A stretch of DNA of 64,000 bases from the human T2T-CHM13v2.0 reference genome, Homo sapiens. Below, in pieces: positions 14,465 to 27,619 of this stretch (position 1 is the stretch's first letter; each line of letters opens with the position of its first letter). The notes below the pieces were generated by a model that did not search any database, was not told the DNA's origin, and worked only from the letters and a program-made list of their open reading frames with translations. The DNA lies in NCBI RefSeq assembly GCF_009914755.1, contig NC_060938.1. One strand, written 5' to 3'. Both the position numbers and the translations under genes were made by a program.

Positions 14465-14730
14465 AAGTGCAGCCAAGTAAACAGAAACAGGTTTAAGAAA
14501 AATGAACAAAATGTATTGGCTTGTCTAATTGAAAAGTCCAACAGAAGAGTGGCTGCAGGCTCGGCTGAATCAAGGTGCTCCACGATCAGCATCCATCTGA
14601 TCCCCCCCACCCATGCTTTTCTTTCCTCTGCACTGGCCACTTTCTCTCACAGGCTTTCCATTCACCGGAGGAAATTGTTTCCAGCATTGGACTCATGTCT
14701 TTCCAGTTCAGGAACCTCAAAGAGAAGGAA
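14465..14730 (-). mobile_element. Old MaLR (MLT1-like) LTR fragment
   Basis: GTATTGGCTTGTCTAATTGAAAAGTCC...GCTGCAGGCTCGGCTGAATCAAGGTGCTC resembles the MLT1J/K reverse strand. Confidence 0.45.
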
Positions 14731-14848
14731 GTCTATAAACCACATCCTGCCTTTCATTTTTGGACTCTTTTCTGTTCCATTGACCTATTTGTCTATCTTC
14801 ATAGCGATAAGACATTATTTTTATTAATGTAGGTTTATAATAAGTTGA

Positions 14849-15533
<685 letters not shown>

Positions 15534-15540
15534 TAAATGG

Positions 15541-15854
15541 GTTTGTTTTGTTTTGTTTTGTTTTGTTTTTTTGAGAGAGAGAGTCTCACTCTATAGCCCG
15601 GGCTGGAGTGCAGTGGCTAATCTCAGCTCACTGCAAGCTTCACCTCCCGAGTTCACGCCATTCTCCTGCCTCAGCCTCCCAAGTAGCTGAGACTACAGGC
15701 GCCCACCACCATGCCCAGCAAATTTTTTGTATTTTTAGTAGAGACGGAGTTTCACCGTGTTAGCCAGGATGGTCTCGATTTCCTGACCTCGTGATCCACC
15801 CACCTTGGCCTCCCAAAGTGCTGGGATTACAGGCGTGAGCCACCGCACCTGGCC
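15541..15854 (-). mobile_element. AluY-like with (TTTTG)n tail
   Basis: CTGCAAGCTT, TTCACGCCATTCTCC and CCGTGTTAGCCAGGATGGTCTCG. Confidence 0.93.
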
Positions 15855-15964
15855 TATACATGGTATTTTTAATTTTTATTTTCTGATTGTTTGCTAATAG
15901 CACATGGCAAACAATAGATTTTTGTTGATTGATCTTGTATCCTTTCACTTTGCTGAACTCGCTT

Positions 15965-16263
<299 letters not shown>

Positions 16264-18379
16264 AGAACTCGCTTATTAATTAAAATATTTTTAAGGATTC
16301 CATTACACTTTGTATATAGATGATGATGTTGTCTGCAAGTAAAAACAGCTTTATTGCTCCCTTTCCAGTATGGACGCCCTTTATTTCTTTTTCTTGCCGT
16401 ATTGCACAGACTAGAACCTGTACAATATTGAGTAGAAGTGATGAAAGAGAACACCCTTGTCTTGTTCCCAGTCTTAGGGAAAGAGCATTGAAGCTTTTAC
16501 ATTAAGCGTCACGTTCACTGTAGGGTTTTTACAGATGCCTTTTGTCAGATTCAGAAAGTTTCCTGCTATTCCTACTTTGTTGAGAGTTTTTATTATTAAA
16601 GTATATTGAATTTTTTATGTTTCTGCATTTTTGGCTTCGTCATATGATTTTTCATGGTTTTATTAATATGATAAATTACATTGATTGATTTTCTGATATT
16701 AAGCTATACCTGCATTCCTGACTTAAATCCCACTTGGTTGTACTGTCTTTCTTTAACTAAACTATTGTTAGGTTCATTTTGTTAAAATGTGTTTAGAATA
16801 TTTTCACCTATGTTCATGAGGGATATTTGCTGTAATTTTCTTTTATTTTAATGTCTTGGTTTTGGTATCATAGTATGATGGCCTCCTGGAAGGAGTATTC
16901 CCTCCTCTTCAGTTTTCTGAAAATGTTTGTGTGGATTTGGTATCATTTCTTCCATAAATGTTTGGCATAATTTGCTAGTGAAGCCATCTAGGTGTGAGGT
17001 TTTCTTTGGGGAAGAATTTAACAGTAAATTCAACTTTTGGAATAGATATAGGGCCAAATTATCTGTTTCTTAAGTCAACTCTGGTAGTTTGTATCTTTTG
17101 AGTAATTTGTTCATTTTATTTAAGTTGTCAAATACACTGGTATAAAGTCCATAATATGTGCCTTTACCATCCTTTTAATATTTGCAAAATAAATTTGCAG
17201 TGATGTCACCTTTCTCCTTCCTGATACTGGTAACTTGTGTCTTCTCTTCTTTTTTCTTGATGAATATAGCCACAGGTTTATCAACTTTATTAAGCTTCTG
17301 AATAACTAGCTTCTGGTTTCATTGATTTTCTCTATTATTATTGCATTTTATTATTTTCTACTTCATTGATTTCTACTCTGATCTTTATTGTTTTCTTTTT
17401 CTGCTCCTCAAATTTAAGTTGCTCTTCTTTTTCTGGCCTTTAAGGCGCAAGATGAGACCATTGATTGAAGTTCTTTCTTTTTTCATAATGGAAGCATTTT
17501 TAAGGCTAAAAATTTCCCTCTAAGTACTGCTCTAATGGCATCCCACAAATTCTAATATGTTTTCATTTTAGTTAAATATAAATACTTCCTAAATTATATT
17601 TTAATTTATTTTTTGACCATTGATTATTTATAAATGTGTTATTTAATTAAGTATTTAAGGTTTTTACAGATTTCCTTTAGTTATTGATTTCTAATTTCAA
17701 TCCACTGTGGTCAGAGAAAACACTTTTGTATAGTTTGAATGCTTTTTAATGTACTGAGACTTATGGCCCATAATACAGTGTATCTTGGTAAATGTTCTGT
17801 GTGCACTTAAGAAGAATGTATATTCTGCTCTTGTGTGGAGTGTCTTATAAATGACAATTGGGTCAAATTGATTGACAGTGTTCAAATCTATTTTTCATTA
17901 GTTTTTCCTACTTGTTCTATCAATTATTGAAAGAAGACTGTAATGTTCGTTTGTCTATTTGTCCTCGTAGTTCTATCAGTATTTGTTTCAGGTGTTTTGA
18001 AACTCTATTGTTAGGTTCATCAACGTTTATGATTGATAACTCTTCTTGATTAACTGACATCTTGGTCATTATGGAAATGACCTTCTTTATACCCCAACAA
18101 TATTGTTTGTTCTGAAATCTACTTGGATATTGGTATAACCATACCAATTTTCTTTTAACTAATGTTAGTATAGTACATATTTTCTCATACCTTTACTTTA
18201 AATGTATATGTGTCTTTACAGCTAATATTTGTTTCTTATAGGCAGCATATAGTTAGGTCTTGCTTTTTTATCCAATGTTAAAATCCTTATCTTTTAATTT
18301 GGGTGTATAGGCCATTTTTACTTAATATGAATGTTGATATGATCTATTAAATTCTATTTGTCCCAATTTGATTTATAAG

Positions 18380-19230
18380 GCAGGATTTGAACAGATATTT
18401 AACCAAAGATGATATCTGAATGGCCAGTGAGCATGTTGGAGGATTCTCAACTTATTTTTCCATTACAAAAATGCAAATTAAAACTACAATGACATACAGC
18501 TGCACACTACTTAGAGGGGCTAAAGTGGCCGCCCTCACCTGGTGCTGGTGAGAATGTGGATGGACTAGGGCTCTCATTCACTGCTGGTAAGAATGTAAAA
18601 CAGTGCAAGAACTTCGGAAAATAGTTTGGCAGGTTTTTTTAAAAGTTAAACATGCACCTGCCATATGACCCAGCCATTCCACTCATAGGTATTTTTACCC
18701 AAGAGAAAGGAGGTTTTTCTATACATATATCTGTATATCGATGTTACATCAACTTCATCTGAAATTGTCCAAACCTGGAAACAACTAAAACGCCCACCGA
18801 CAGATGAAGAGAGAAATTGCTCCTCTATCCATACAGTGGAACATACTCAGCAACAGACGGATGAACTGTTGATACGTGAGACAACATGGAGAAATCTCAA
18901 AATAGTTATTCTGAGTGAAAAAACAGACAAAAAAGGGAGTACATATTTCATGACTCTATGTGTGTAAAATTCTAGAACACGCAAACTAATCCGTAGTGAC
19001 AGAAAGCAGATCCATGGTTGCCTGGGGAGATGAAGCCACAGGAGATAGGGAGGAAGGAGAAAGGGAGTTCGAAAGCCAAGAAGAGGCTTTAGGAGCGGGG
19101 ATTTGTACATCTTGATTGTGGTGACGCTTCACAAATGTATATATATGTCAAAACGTATCAAATTGTCCATTTTTAATATGTGTCACTAATTGTATGCCAA
19201 TTACACCCCAAAAAAGCTGTTTTTCAAAAA
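18380..19230 (+). mobile_element. L1MB/ME 3' end
   Basis: ATGCAAATTAAAACTACAATGACATAC, CCATATGACCCAGCCATTCCACTC and TGTATGCCAATTACACCCCAAAAAAGCTG. Confidence 0.85.
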
Positions 19231-19239
19231 TCCAACTTA

Positions 19240-19700
19240 AACTTAGAATTTACCACCAAAAGAATACAAATAAGGACTAGGCCTTCCAAAACACTAGAGA
19301 AAAAATAAAATAGTAAAGAAAACAGCTCACAAAGCCAAAGATAGGGAAAGAAAAAGGATAACAAAGCATAAATAACAGATGTATCAACAAACATGTCTGT
19401 TTTGACAATAAACACTATTTAAAGAAAACCATCCAAATATACACTCCTCACAAAGGGTACACGTAAAATAAAATACTTAAATGTTAAAAAGAAAAGGAAA
19501 GCAAATATATGTTAGGCAAGCATAAACAATAAGAAAGAGAGTTGGTAAAATGAGTATCAGATAAAGCCAAAAAGCACTAAAAGAGACAAAGAGTAATTTG
19601 ATTCTGAGGAACAATTAAAGACCCAATGAGGGCACAGCAACGATTAACCTTTAAGCAGGGAATAATTTATCATCCAAATCTACAAAGCAAAAACTGTAAG
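19240..19700 (+). mobile_element. Degraded A-rich L1 fragment (ORF2 5' region-like)
   Basis: Very A-rich. GTATCAGATAAAG...AAAAGAGACAAAGAG resembles the endonuclease-coding region. Confidence 0.45.
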
Positions 19701-20839
19701 ACATACAACTGGAAATTAGCAACAAAAAGGCAAATGTTAGCCCCAAGGATCAAGCTATATAAAGGCACACTTTGTTTAATTGTGTCCATTTTTAATTTGA
19801 ATGGTGAGATTGTTTTGAATGAGTGGGAGAAAATTTACATCCTCCAACAGCGACTGTGAGACACAGCTTGAGGAGTGCATAGGGAACCCTTAGCCCTCCC
19901 TCCCCACCTGCCCAGCCCTACTTTGGGCCACGAGGAGAGGAGGCAGAGCAGAGACTGTCTTCAGCCATGAGAGTGATGGTGTGTGAGAGACTATTCCTTC
20001 TCCTAGTGGCAAACCCAGCTCAGAGCTGGCTCTTCTTTCTCCCTAGAGCCCAGGTCTCCAGCCCAAGGAACCGCCTCACCTTGTCATCCCAGGAGGGTTG
20101 GTGCCCACTTATCTGCAGCTTCCTGACCCAAATAGCCAGACCTTCCACAGGTTTGCCTACAAGAGGGCTAGTGCGTCCTGCAACTCAGATGCTTTTCCAT
20201 CAAAATAAATGCCCATATAGAAGGAGTCAAGAATAAATACCCACATCCACCATCGCAGTGTGGTAAGAACATTACAAGGACACTGATGAGAATGAAGCCG
20301 GACATCACTGAGCCCCACCGTCCTGTGTCATGTTGGCTAAGGCCCCGTGCTCCGTCCTGTATGTAAGAAGCCAGCCGGGTGCCTCTCAGGGTTCTGGGCA
20401 TCCCTGGGGGGTTACGCCCTGTGCTCACTCTGGCTGGAGGCCCCGACTCCAGCAGAGGCCACTCGCCCCTTCCTCGGCTCCTGCTGCCGCTCTCTTCTCC
20501 TGAGTCCATGAAAACACTGACGCCAAGTTACATCCTGTTCCTTATTTGTCCCAACACTCCTCCAAGAGCCCAAACTACTGTGATCTCAGGAGCTGGAAAA
20601 AGCTTGCCGCTCAGAAAGGCAAACACCTTGCACATCTTCCACCAGGACACCTGAAGTCAAGCTGCTCCCCACAAGAGGCACACCAGTGCAGATGGTTAAA
20701 CGACAACTTCTGCACCCACTCCTCAAAGAAGTCCATAATCTCTTGCCTCCTCTTGGTCCTGGGAGCCATGTGCTCTCTGCACTCTTGCCTTGAGCCCAGT
20801 CCCAGCTCTGGGAGGCATATGCTCCTGGCCATCACCCCT

Positions 20840-20890
20840 AATCAAATGGGGAAACTGAGGCTGGGAGAGGATAAGGGACTCAGCCAAGAT
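20840..20890. mobile_element. MIR core fragment
   Basis: AAATGGGGAAACTGAGGCTGGGAGAGG. Confidence 0.6.
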
Positions 20891-21434
20891 TGTAACCCTA
20901 CTAGGTTTGTAGCCCACTGTGCAGCGCGTCAATACACAGATACAGTGTATTGCACTGGGTTGCAGCAGGGGAAGACTTTAGTAATTGTAGGGCAGCCGAA
21001 TGAGGAGATGAGAGGAAACCTCAAATCCACCTGCCCAGGAAGTTTGGGATGGGCTCTTAAGGGGTCTGGGCAGGTGATGGGCTAAAGTGTGGGGATTGCT
21101 GACTGGTGGAGAAGTGTGGAGGATGAAGAAACCGCATTCCTGTACTTTACTGCTTCCTTGGTCGGGGGTCTTCATACCTGTTGGCCTCAGCCGTGCTACT
21201 AGAATTCAGGATCTGAAAAACACCTTAAGCAATTCTTGAGTAAAAAGACCCAGGGCCAGAGAGTCTCTCTGGTGGAAGAACGGGGCAGCAGGTGCTCAGC
21301 CTGCCGAGGGACTCTCTGTGCATTAGAGCTGCAGGGGACTGGGTGGAAGTGGCCCTGCACACCCGGGTCGGTGCCTCGCTATAACTCTGCCTGAAGCCTG
21401 GCTTGGATTGTCGTTAACCCTGTGAGGTGATTCA
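20891..21434 (-). mobile_element. MER4-group ERV1 solo LTR
   Basis: TGTAACCC ... GAGGTGATTCA termini. GGGCAGCCGAATGAGGAGATGAGAGGAAACCTCAAATCCACCT and CAGGATCTGAAAAACACCTTAAGC are typical of the MER4/LTR49 group. No clean TSD. Confidence 0.65.
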
Positions 21435-21611
21435 GTGTGGAGTCAGGATCCAATATGGGTTTATTTCACATGCTAACACCAAATGAGAGCCAGATATTTG
21501 AAAATGCAGATTTCCAAGCTTCTCGGGAGCACCCTCAAGTAGGTCAGCGGCTGCTCCATCGGGCCCCACGTCGCTCAGGCTTAAGTAAAACGTGCCTGGC
21601 TTCAGGCAGAC

Positions 21612-21903
21612 GAGTGAATGTGAGTGTGTCTGTGAGTGTGTATGTCTACGTCTGTCTGTCTGTGAGTGTGTCTCTGTGTCTGTGATGACTGTGTCTGTCA
21701 GTGTGTCTGTGTGAGATCGTCTATGAGTGTATGTGTCTGTGTGTGACTGTGTGTGAGCAAATGTCTCTGTGTGCCTGTGTGTGTCTGTGTAAGTGTGTCC
21801 CTGTGTGTCTGTAGTGTGTGTGTCTGAGTGTCTGTCTGAGAGTGTGTGTCTGTCTGTATGCCTGCAAGTGTGTGCGCGTGTCCCTCCATCTGTGTGTCTG
21901 TGA
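21612..21903. repeat. Degenerate (TG)n / TGTGTC tract
   Basis: Seen directly. Confidence 0.95.
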
Positions 21904-22349
21904 GCACCTGGGTCTGCATTTGAGACCCCTGCCCTCACCCTACAATCTCCCTGCTGCCACACCCCAAAGCTCCAGCACATTCCTGGAGGAATTAGAGAGA
22001 CGATGCTGTGCCACTGCCCTCCCTTTGAAGTGCACCTGATGGGGACACAGGGTCTCTGCCATGATCCCCACTGGGGCCTTGCCCCTGACCGCACACACTG
22101 TCCCATCTCAGGAGGGTCTCACTGCTGCCCTTTCCTGGCTGTACTGATGGCCCAAGGGGATGCGGGAACCATCAAGACCGAGTCCCTCTGGAGGTGCCTC
22201 ATCCCCGCACCGCCCGGCCCTCAGTGCACCCTCTATGGGGTAGCACTAAGCCATCCCCCAGGTTGCAGGAGGGAGATGAACTAATCTGAAACATTAAGTA
22301 TGGCTTTGGAACCAACTTGGCTCTCCGGATGACAACTCCCTTGTTCCAG

Positions 22350-22600
22350 ATGGTTCCTGTGTGCGCCCGCGTTCGTTAGCATGCTAATTTATTCTGACTC
22401 ATTCCGGAGCTGGCGCGCGGGCTGGCGCACACCTCTATGCCAGCACGAGTCCCCGAGGCCCGCGATTCCCAGCTGGAGCGGCCCCCTCCCCGGGGGCTGT
22501 CACACACGCCGAGGGGAATAAAGGGAAGGGAACAGTTGGGGATGTGGCTTCAGTGGCAGCCCAGGCAGGCTATAATTTCAGCCCTGGCGCCCTGACATTC
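22350..22600. promoter_or_regulatory. CpG-enriched candidate enhancer
   Basis: Local CpG cluster (GCGCCCGCG, GGCGCGCGG), palindrome TTAGCATGCTAA at 22376-22387 and AP-1 TGACTCA at 22395-22401. Confidence 0.45.
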
Positions 22601-23367
22601 ACAGCAAGCTCTCGCTCTGTGGCAGAATCCTCTCGGAAGGCAGCGCCACCCTCTGAGGACGTTCAGGCTGGGAGGTCCCGGGTGGATCTCCCGCTGCAGC
22701 TAAAACACCAGTCAGGCCCCCACAAGGAAACCCAGAGCAAGCAAACACCGAGGAAGAAGTCGCTCCCTCAAAGGCAGCGTCTGGGGGCTGGTAGGAGGCT
22801 CCCGGCTGCCGGCCCCACCCCTGGTTGTGAACTCTGTGACCAAGACAGCAGGGACCGAGGGCTACCCACACTCCACAAGCGGGAGGGATGGGAGCCGCCC
22901 GTCAGTGCCCTGCCCACCTCCGGGTGCCCGCCTTCCCTGGAAACATTCCCACCGTCTTCCTGCAGCTGAAGCAGCGGAATCACCCTGGGATGGCCTGGGG
23001 AGGAGCCCGCAGAACGACCCGCATGAGGACACTGAGCTGCAGGAAGCACACGCAGGGCTGGGGTCTCCGGACCGTGGGGCAGAACTTGGGGGGTCAGAGA
23101 GAACACACACATTCGAATCCCTAAATTCCTGGTTCAAGGGACAGACCAAACCCCAGGTGCTCGGTGGGACCACGGGAGAAGCCGGCTTAGCTCAAGAAGG
23201 CACAAGGGCAGTGGCCAAGTCCCACCCCCAGGCTGAGCCCTGCCAGACGCCCTTTACAATGTCAGCCTGGGAGTCTCTCCTGAGTCAGGGCAGCCATCCA
23301 CAAAGAGTGGACCCCCTAGAAGTCTGGGGGGTGTCCTTGAATAACACTGTCATCCCCAAATCAGAGA

Positions 23368-23515
23368 GGGAGTTCAGGGGACCTGGGGATGAGGGGATTC
23401 AGGGGACCTGGGGATGAGGGAGTTCAGGGGACCTGGGGATGAGGGGGTTCAGGGGACCTGGGGATGAGGGGGTTCAGGGGACCTGGGGATGAGGGGGTTC
23501 AGGGGACCTGGGGAT
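23368..23515. repeat. G-rich minisatellite, 25-bp unit x6
   Basis: Unit GGGGGTTCAGGGGACCTGGGGATGA, with TTCAGGGG every 25 bp. Confidence 0.97.
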
Positions 23516-25399
23516 AAGTGGAGCTCTGCCCTTCAGCGGCGCCCGGAGGGCCCGCAACCCCATCCCCATGTCTTCCTCAAGCTCCTGAGGGCGTACTTGG
23601 AAAAGCACTTCATGAATTCCCACACTGGTCCCCTGACCCCAGGACTGAGGAGCAACACGGTGGGACCCGGCACTCTCCCTGCTGCCAAACCCCAAAGCTC
23701 CAGCACATTCCCGGAGGAATTAGAGAGACAGTGCCATGCCCCAAAGATTTGGAAATGCAGTCAGTTCTCCCTCTACCCGCAAGCACGGCTTCTGACGCGA
23801 TGACACTGTAAATACAACTCGGAGCTGCACCCGGCAGCAGCTGCTGCTCCAGATGCAGGGTCCTCATGGGCATCAGCCAGGCACCTGGTTTTCCCTCCCG
23901 TCCAGGAAATCAGGAACCCTCCAGCCCTTGGGCTGGAGGGAGGCTGGGGCGTCTCCACCACCTGCTCTCAGGGACACCGCAGCACCCCTCTCTGTGACAG
24001 AGTTTGGTCCACAGAAGTGATGGCTGCAGCACTACCTGGGCCTCATGCTGGCCCATGCGGGGGGACTCACCATAGAACCAGAGACGGACACGGAGCACCT
24101 TACCTGCCAGAGGTGGGAGACAAGCCCCACTGGGTAGCACAGCTCTTGACACAGCCACGAAGGAGGGAGTGGCAGGCGAGGGAGAGGGGACAAAGCAAGA
24201 CCAGGCCCTTCCTTCCACCCCTGATGACCGAGGGCATCACCGATGCCCAAGGGTTAGGCCGCTGGGAATTCCGGGCAGGCGGCTGCAGTGGGAGAGTTCC
24301 AGAAGAGAGCCCTCCCAGCGAGTAAGATCCTCACGTGAGAGAGAGCTCCTGGCTCATGTTGGGCCTGGGAGGCTGTAGACACCTGACAATGGGACACCAA
24401 ATGACAAGGTGGCCCAGCTGCCCCATGTGAACTGGAGGTCCCCTGATCCACTAAGCCCTCGAGCTGGGCCACGCCCAAGATGCTCCTCCCTCACCAGGTG
24501 AACGCCACATGTGCCGGGCCAGGCCCATGTGCCCACAGGCCCTCAGGCACCCACGGCTACACCTGTGGCCTCATCTGTGGCTCCCGGGCTGGCTGATGGG
24601 TGGTCTGGAGGCTGGTGGCAAGAGGCATCATCCAGCAGCCAGGCCTGAGCAGGGCACAATGACAGTCACGTTTCCATGAAGTGGGAGTGATGTGAAGCCA
24701 CAGTCCTGTGGGCCCCCAGGTGTGGCCAGAGGCTGGCCATGAGAAGGACCGAGCTGGTGACAAGGAGGAAGCTGTTGGTGGCAAGGCTCGTTGGAACAGA
24801 CACGGGCTGTACACACATCTGCATCCAGGTGACCACTCAGGAAGACCCAGATGGGGAGGCTGTGAATGACCAGGTGACAAGACACCCCAGCAGGTGAGCC
24901 AGAACAGGGGCAAGGTGGCTCCGGGGCGGTGGGGGCTCGGCAGGGGCTCCGGGGCGGTGGGGGCTCAGCAGCACAGACTCCCCTCAGGGATGCCCCTGCT
25001 TGGGTCCATGTTGTCCGCAGCCACCACCCAGGGGACACTGCCAACTGCCTGGTGCAGGTTGGTTATGTTGGGTGGACAACAATCCATCCTCTCTAGGAAA
25101 GATGGCCATTCGGTCCCCAGCCCCTGGCCCCAGCCCAGCTTTCCAAATGTCTTATTCCCCAGCAGGATCCCCACAGAATGCCACTTCTGCCCCAGGAGCC
25201 GCTGCAGAGGGGAAGAAGGGAAGAGTGAGCAGGTGTCATGGGATGACCCGGTCTCATCCCAAACCCACCATGAGCCCCTGTGAACAGCTAGAAGAGTGCG
25301 GAAGATGAGGGGCCGCAGCCTTCTTCCCACCACAACAAGCCACCAACACAGAGGCTCCCCATGGCCTGAGTCCTGGGGTGTGAGGGCTGCACAGGACAG

Positions 25400-25680
25400 G
25401 GCCCTGCCCTGCCCCCACCCCAGCCCCAGCGTTCTCCCCAGCCCCACTCCCCACCCCTGCTCCAACATCCTCCCCAGCCCCACTCCCCACCCCAGCCCCA
25501 GCATTCTCCCCAGCCCCCTGCCCTGCCCCCACCCCTGCCCCAGCGTTCTTCCCAGCCCCCTGCCCTGCCCCCACCCCCGCCCCAGCGTTCTCCCCAGCCC
25601 CCTGCCCTGCCCCCACCCCCGCCCCAGCGTTCTCCCCAGCCCCCGCTCCCCACCTCTGCCCCAATGTCCTCCCCAGCCCC
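25400..25680. repeat. C-rich minisatellite, ~33-39-bp units, ~7 copies
   Basis: CCCCTGCCCTGCCCCCACCCCCGCCCCAGCGTTCTCCCCAG and shorter variants. Confidence 0.93.
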
Positions 25681-25899
25681 GCTTCCACCCCTCCCTCACC
25701 GGTCTCTGGTCTGTCCCTCCTGTCCCTCCCAGCCCCTCCCAGTTCGGCCCTTGGAGGTTCCACAAACGAGGTTGTCAAATGCCTGTCCAAAGCACGTGCC
25801 AATCAGGCCCAGAGGGTTTTACAGCCTCTGAGGAGGAGGAAGAGGAGTTGGGGAGCCATGCCTCCCCATCCAGGAAGACAATATTCCACCATCAAGGAC

Positions 25900-26080
25900 A
25901 CGACCCTGGGTATTTACAGATGGTAATGAGACTGTCCACTGCTTGAAGTTACCATCAATAAGCAGTGAAAACTGCTGAGTTTCATGCAATTCTCCCTGAT
26001 TGCCTGGAAGGCATCATTATTTTAATAAAAAAACTCATCAGCCAGCCTACCCAGCGCTCAGCGTGTTAATTACAGAGGCT
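25900..26080. promoter_or_regulatory. AT-rich non-repetitive island, candidate enhancer
   Basis: CCATCAAT, TTTAATAAAA and TAATTA (26067-26072) in a GC-rich context. TCF-type CCTTTGAT at 26130. Confidence 0.35.
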
Positions 26081-26739
26081 AGTGCCCCGCCTCCCTCTCT
26101 CAGCCCCAGCTTGACTCTTCTCCCCACAGCCTTTGATCCCAGGGAGTCGGGGCAGGTGGATGGTGCCGTCCAGTGGGGAGGAGTCCCAGCCCTGACCCCT
26201 CTCAGGTGCCCAGACCACCTCCCCACCCCACACAGCACAATCCTGGCACTGTCCTTTCCCTTCAACCACAAGGACTCACTGGGCCATGGGCACAGACCAA
26301 CACCAGTCAAGCCCAAAATTCTATGTGGCCCCTAAAAGCAAGGGGACAAGGACAATGGGACCCCAAGAACAGCAGATTTCATGAAAAGGACCCAAGAAGC
26401 CAAGGCATGTCCAGCACAGCACGCAGACTGGGTCAGGCCTGTCTCCAGCTACATGGACAGGCGTGTCCAAACACATGCCACAACCCTGCAAAAAGCACAA
26501 AAGGAGGCACCACACACATTCGTCCTCATTGTGAATGCCTGCAGTGCGTCTGTCATCATGGCTGGGGGAACAGGCCCAGGCTTTTTTATGGTAAAAGAAG
26601 TGAATTGAAAGAGGAATTGTGTTTCCTCTCCGTAAAGATGATAGCACACCAGGATGTCCCCACCTAGGGGAGACCAATGACAGCCTTCCCATTATCTCCT
26701 GGGCCTTCTGGGGGCAGGACCTGCAGCCGCTGATTCTGC

Positions 26740-27215
26740 CCAGGCATCAGTGAATCCTCTTGAACATAAATGTATCTTGGGTCACCTTGCAGCCAGCAAT
26801 GACCACACAGCACAGTTCTGGGCCACTGATGTAAGGAGCGGCCCTGGGTGGGTGCCCCAGGAAGTACTATAGAAGAATAAGACTCAGCCATCAGTCTTGC
26901 TTCCCTCTTTCACTCTCTTCTGTCCTTGGTCCTGACCCTTCTTCCTGCCTGGAACACGGATGTGATGCTGGAGGTGAAGCAGCCATCTTGCAACCATGAG
27001 GCTAAAAGCAGAAGGACAAAAGCTACCTTGCAGATGAATGAACAGAAAGACAGAAAGAGCCTGAGTCCCTGCTGGCACCATGGACCCCACACCAAATTTG
27101 GGTGCCTGCTGAACTCCAGACTTCTTGATACATAGAAATTGAAAACTCATTTGCCAAACCATGTTAACTTGGGTTTTATGTAGTGCAAAGTTGAATGTAT
27201 TCCTAAGCAATGTAC
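26740..27215 (+). mobile_element. MLT1J/K-like MaLR LTR
   Basis: CTTCTTCCTGCCTGGAACACGGATGTGATGCTGGAGGTGAAGCAGCCATCTTGCAACCATGAGG ... CTCCAGACTTCTTG. Confidence 0.7.
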
Positions 27216-27619
27216 CCAAGAATAATTGTTACTAACAACAAAACCGAAGAAAGCCCCTTGTAGTGAGTGGAAGTGAATTCGTGTAACCGTGCAGCTCCCC
27301 AGCTCCTGGATCCTGTATCCCGCCTGCCCTGCAAAGTCAGGCATAGTGGTTGGACTTGGTTTGGCTGCTGGAATGGGAAAAGTTCCGTGTCACCTCCGGG
27401 AAGCCGCATTCAGCGGGCAGTGCTCAGCTCTCCACCTACTTCTATGTTCCTGTTTCAGAAAACCTGGGACAGGTGACACATGTTGATGGAGAAGTCAACG
27501 CTCAGCCCTCCCCAGGAGGGCAGGTGCCCTGGAGGCCTTAGAGGTGGTGTGGGGCCGGCAGTGTGGAGTTGCTGCAGCTGGGAGATGGCTTGTTACTGCC
27601 ACACGGTGCAGCCGAGCTC

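Noticed and set aside
26403-26412. p53 half-site AGGCATGTCC
   Set aside because: No adjacent second half-site.
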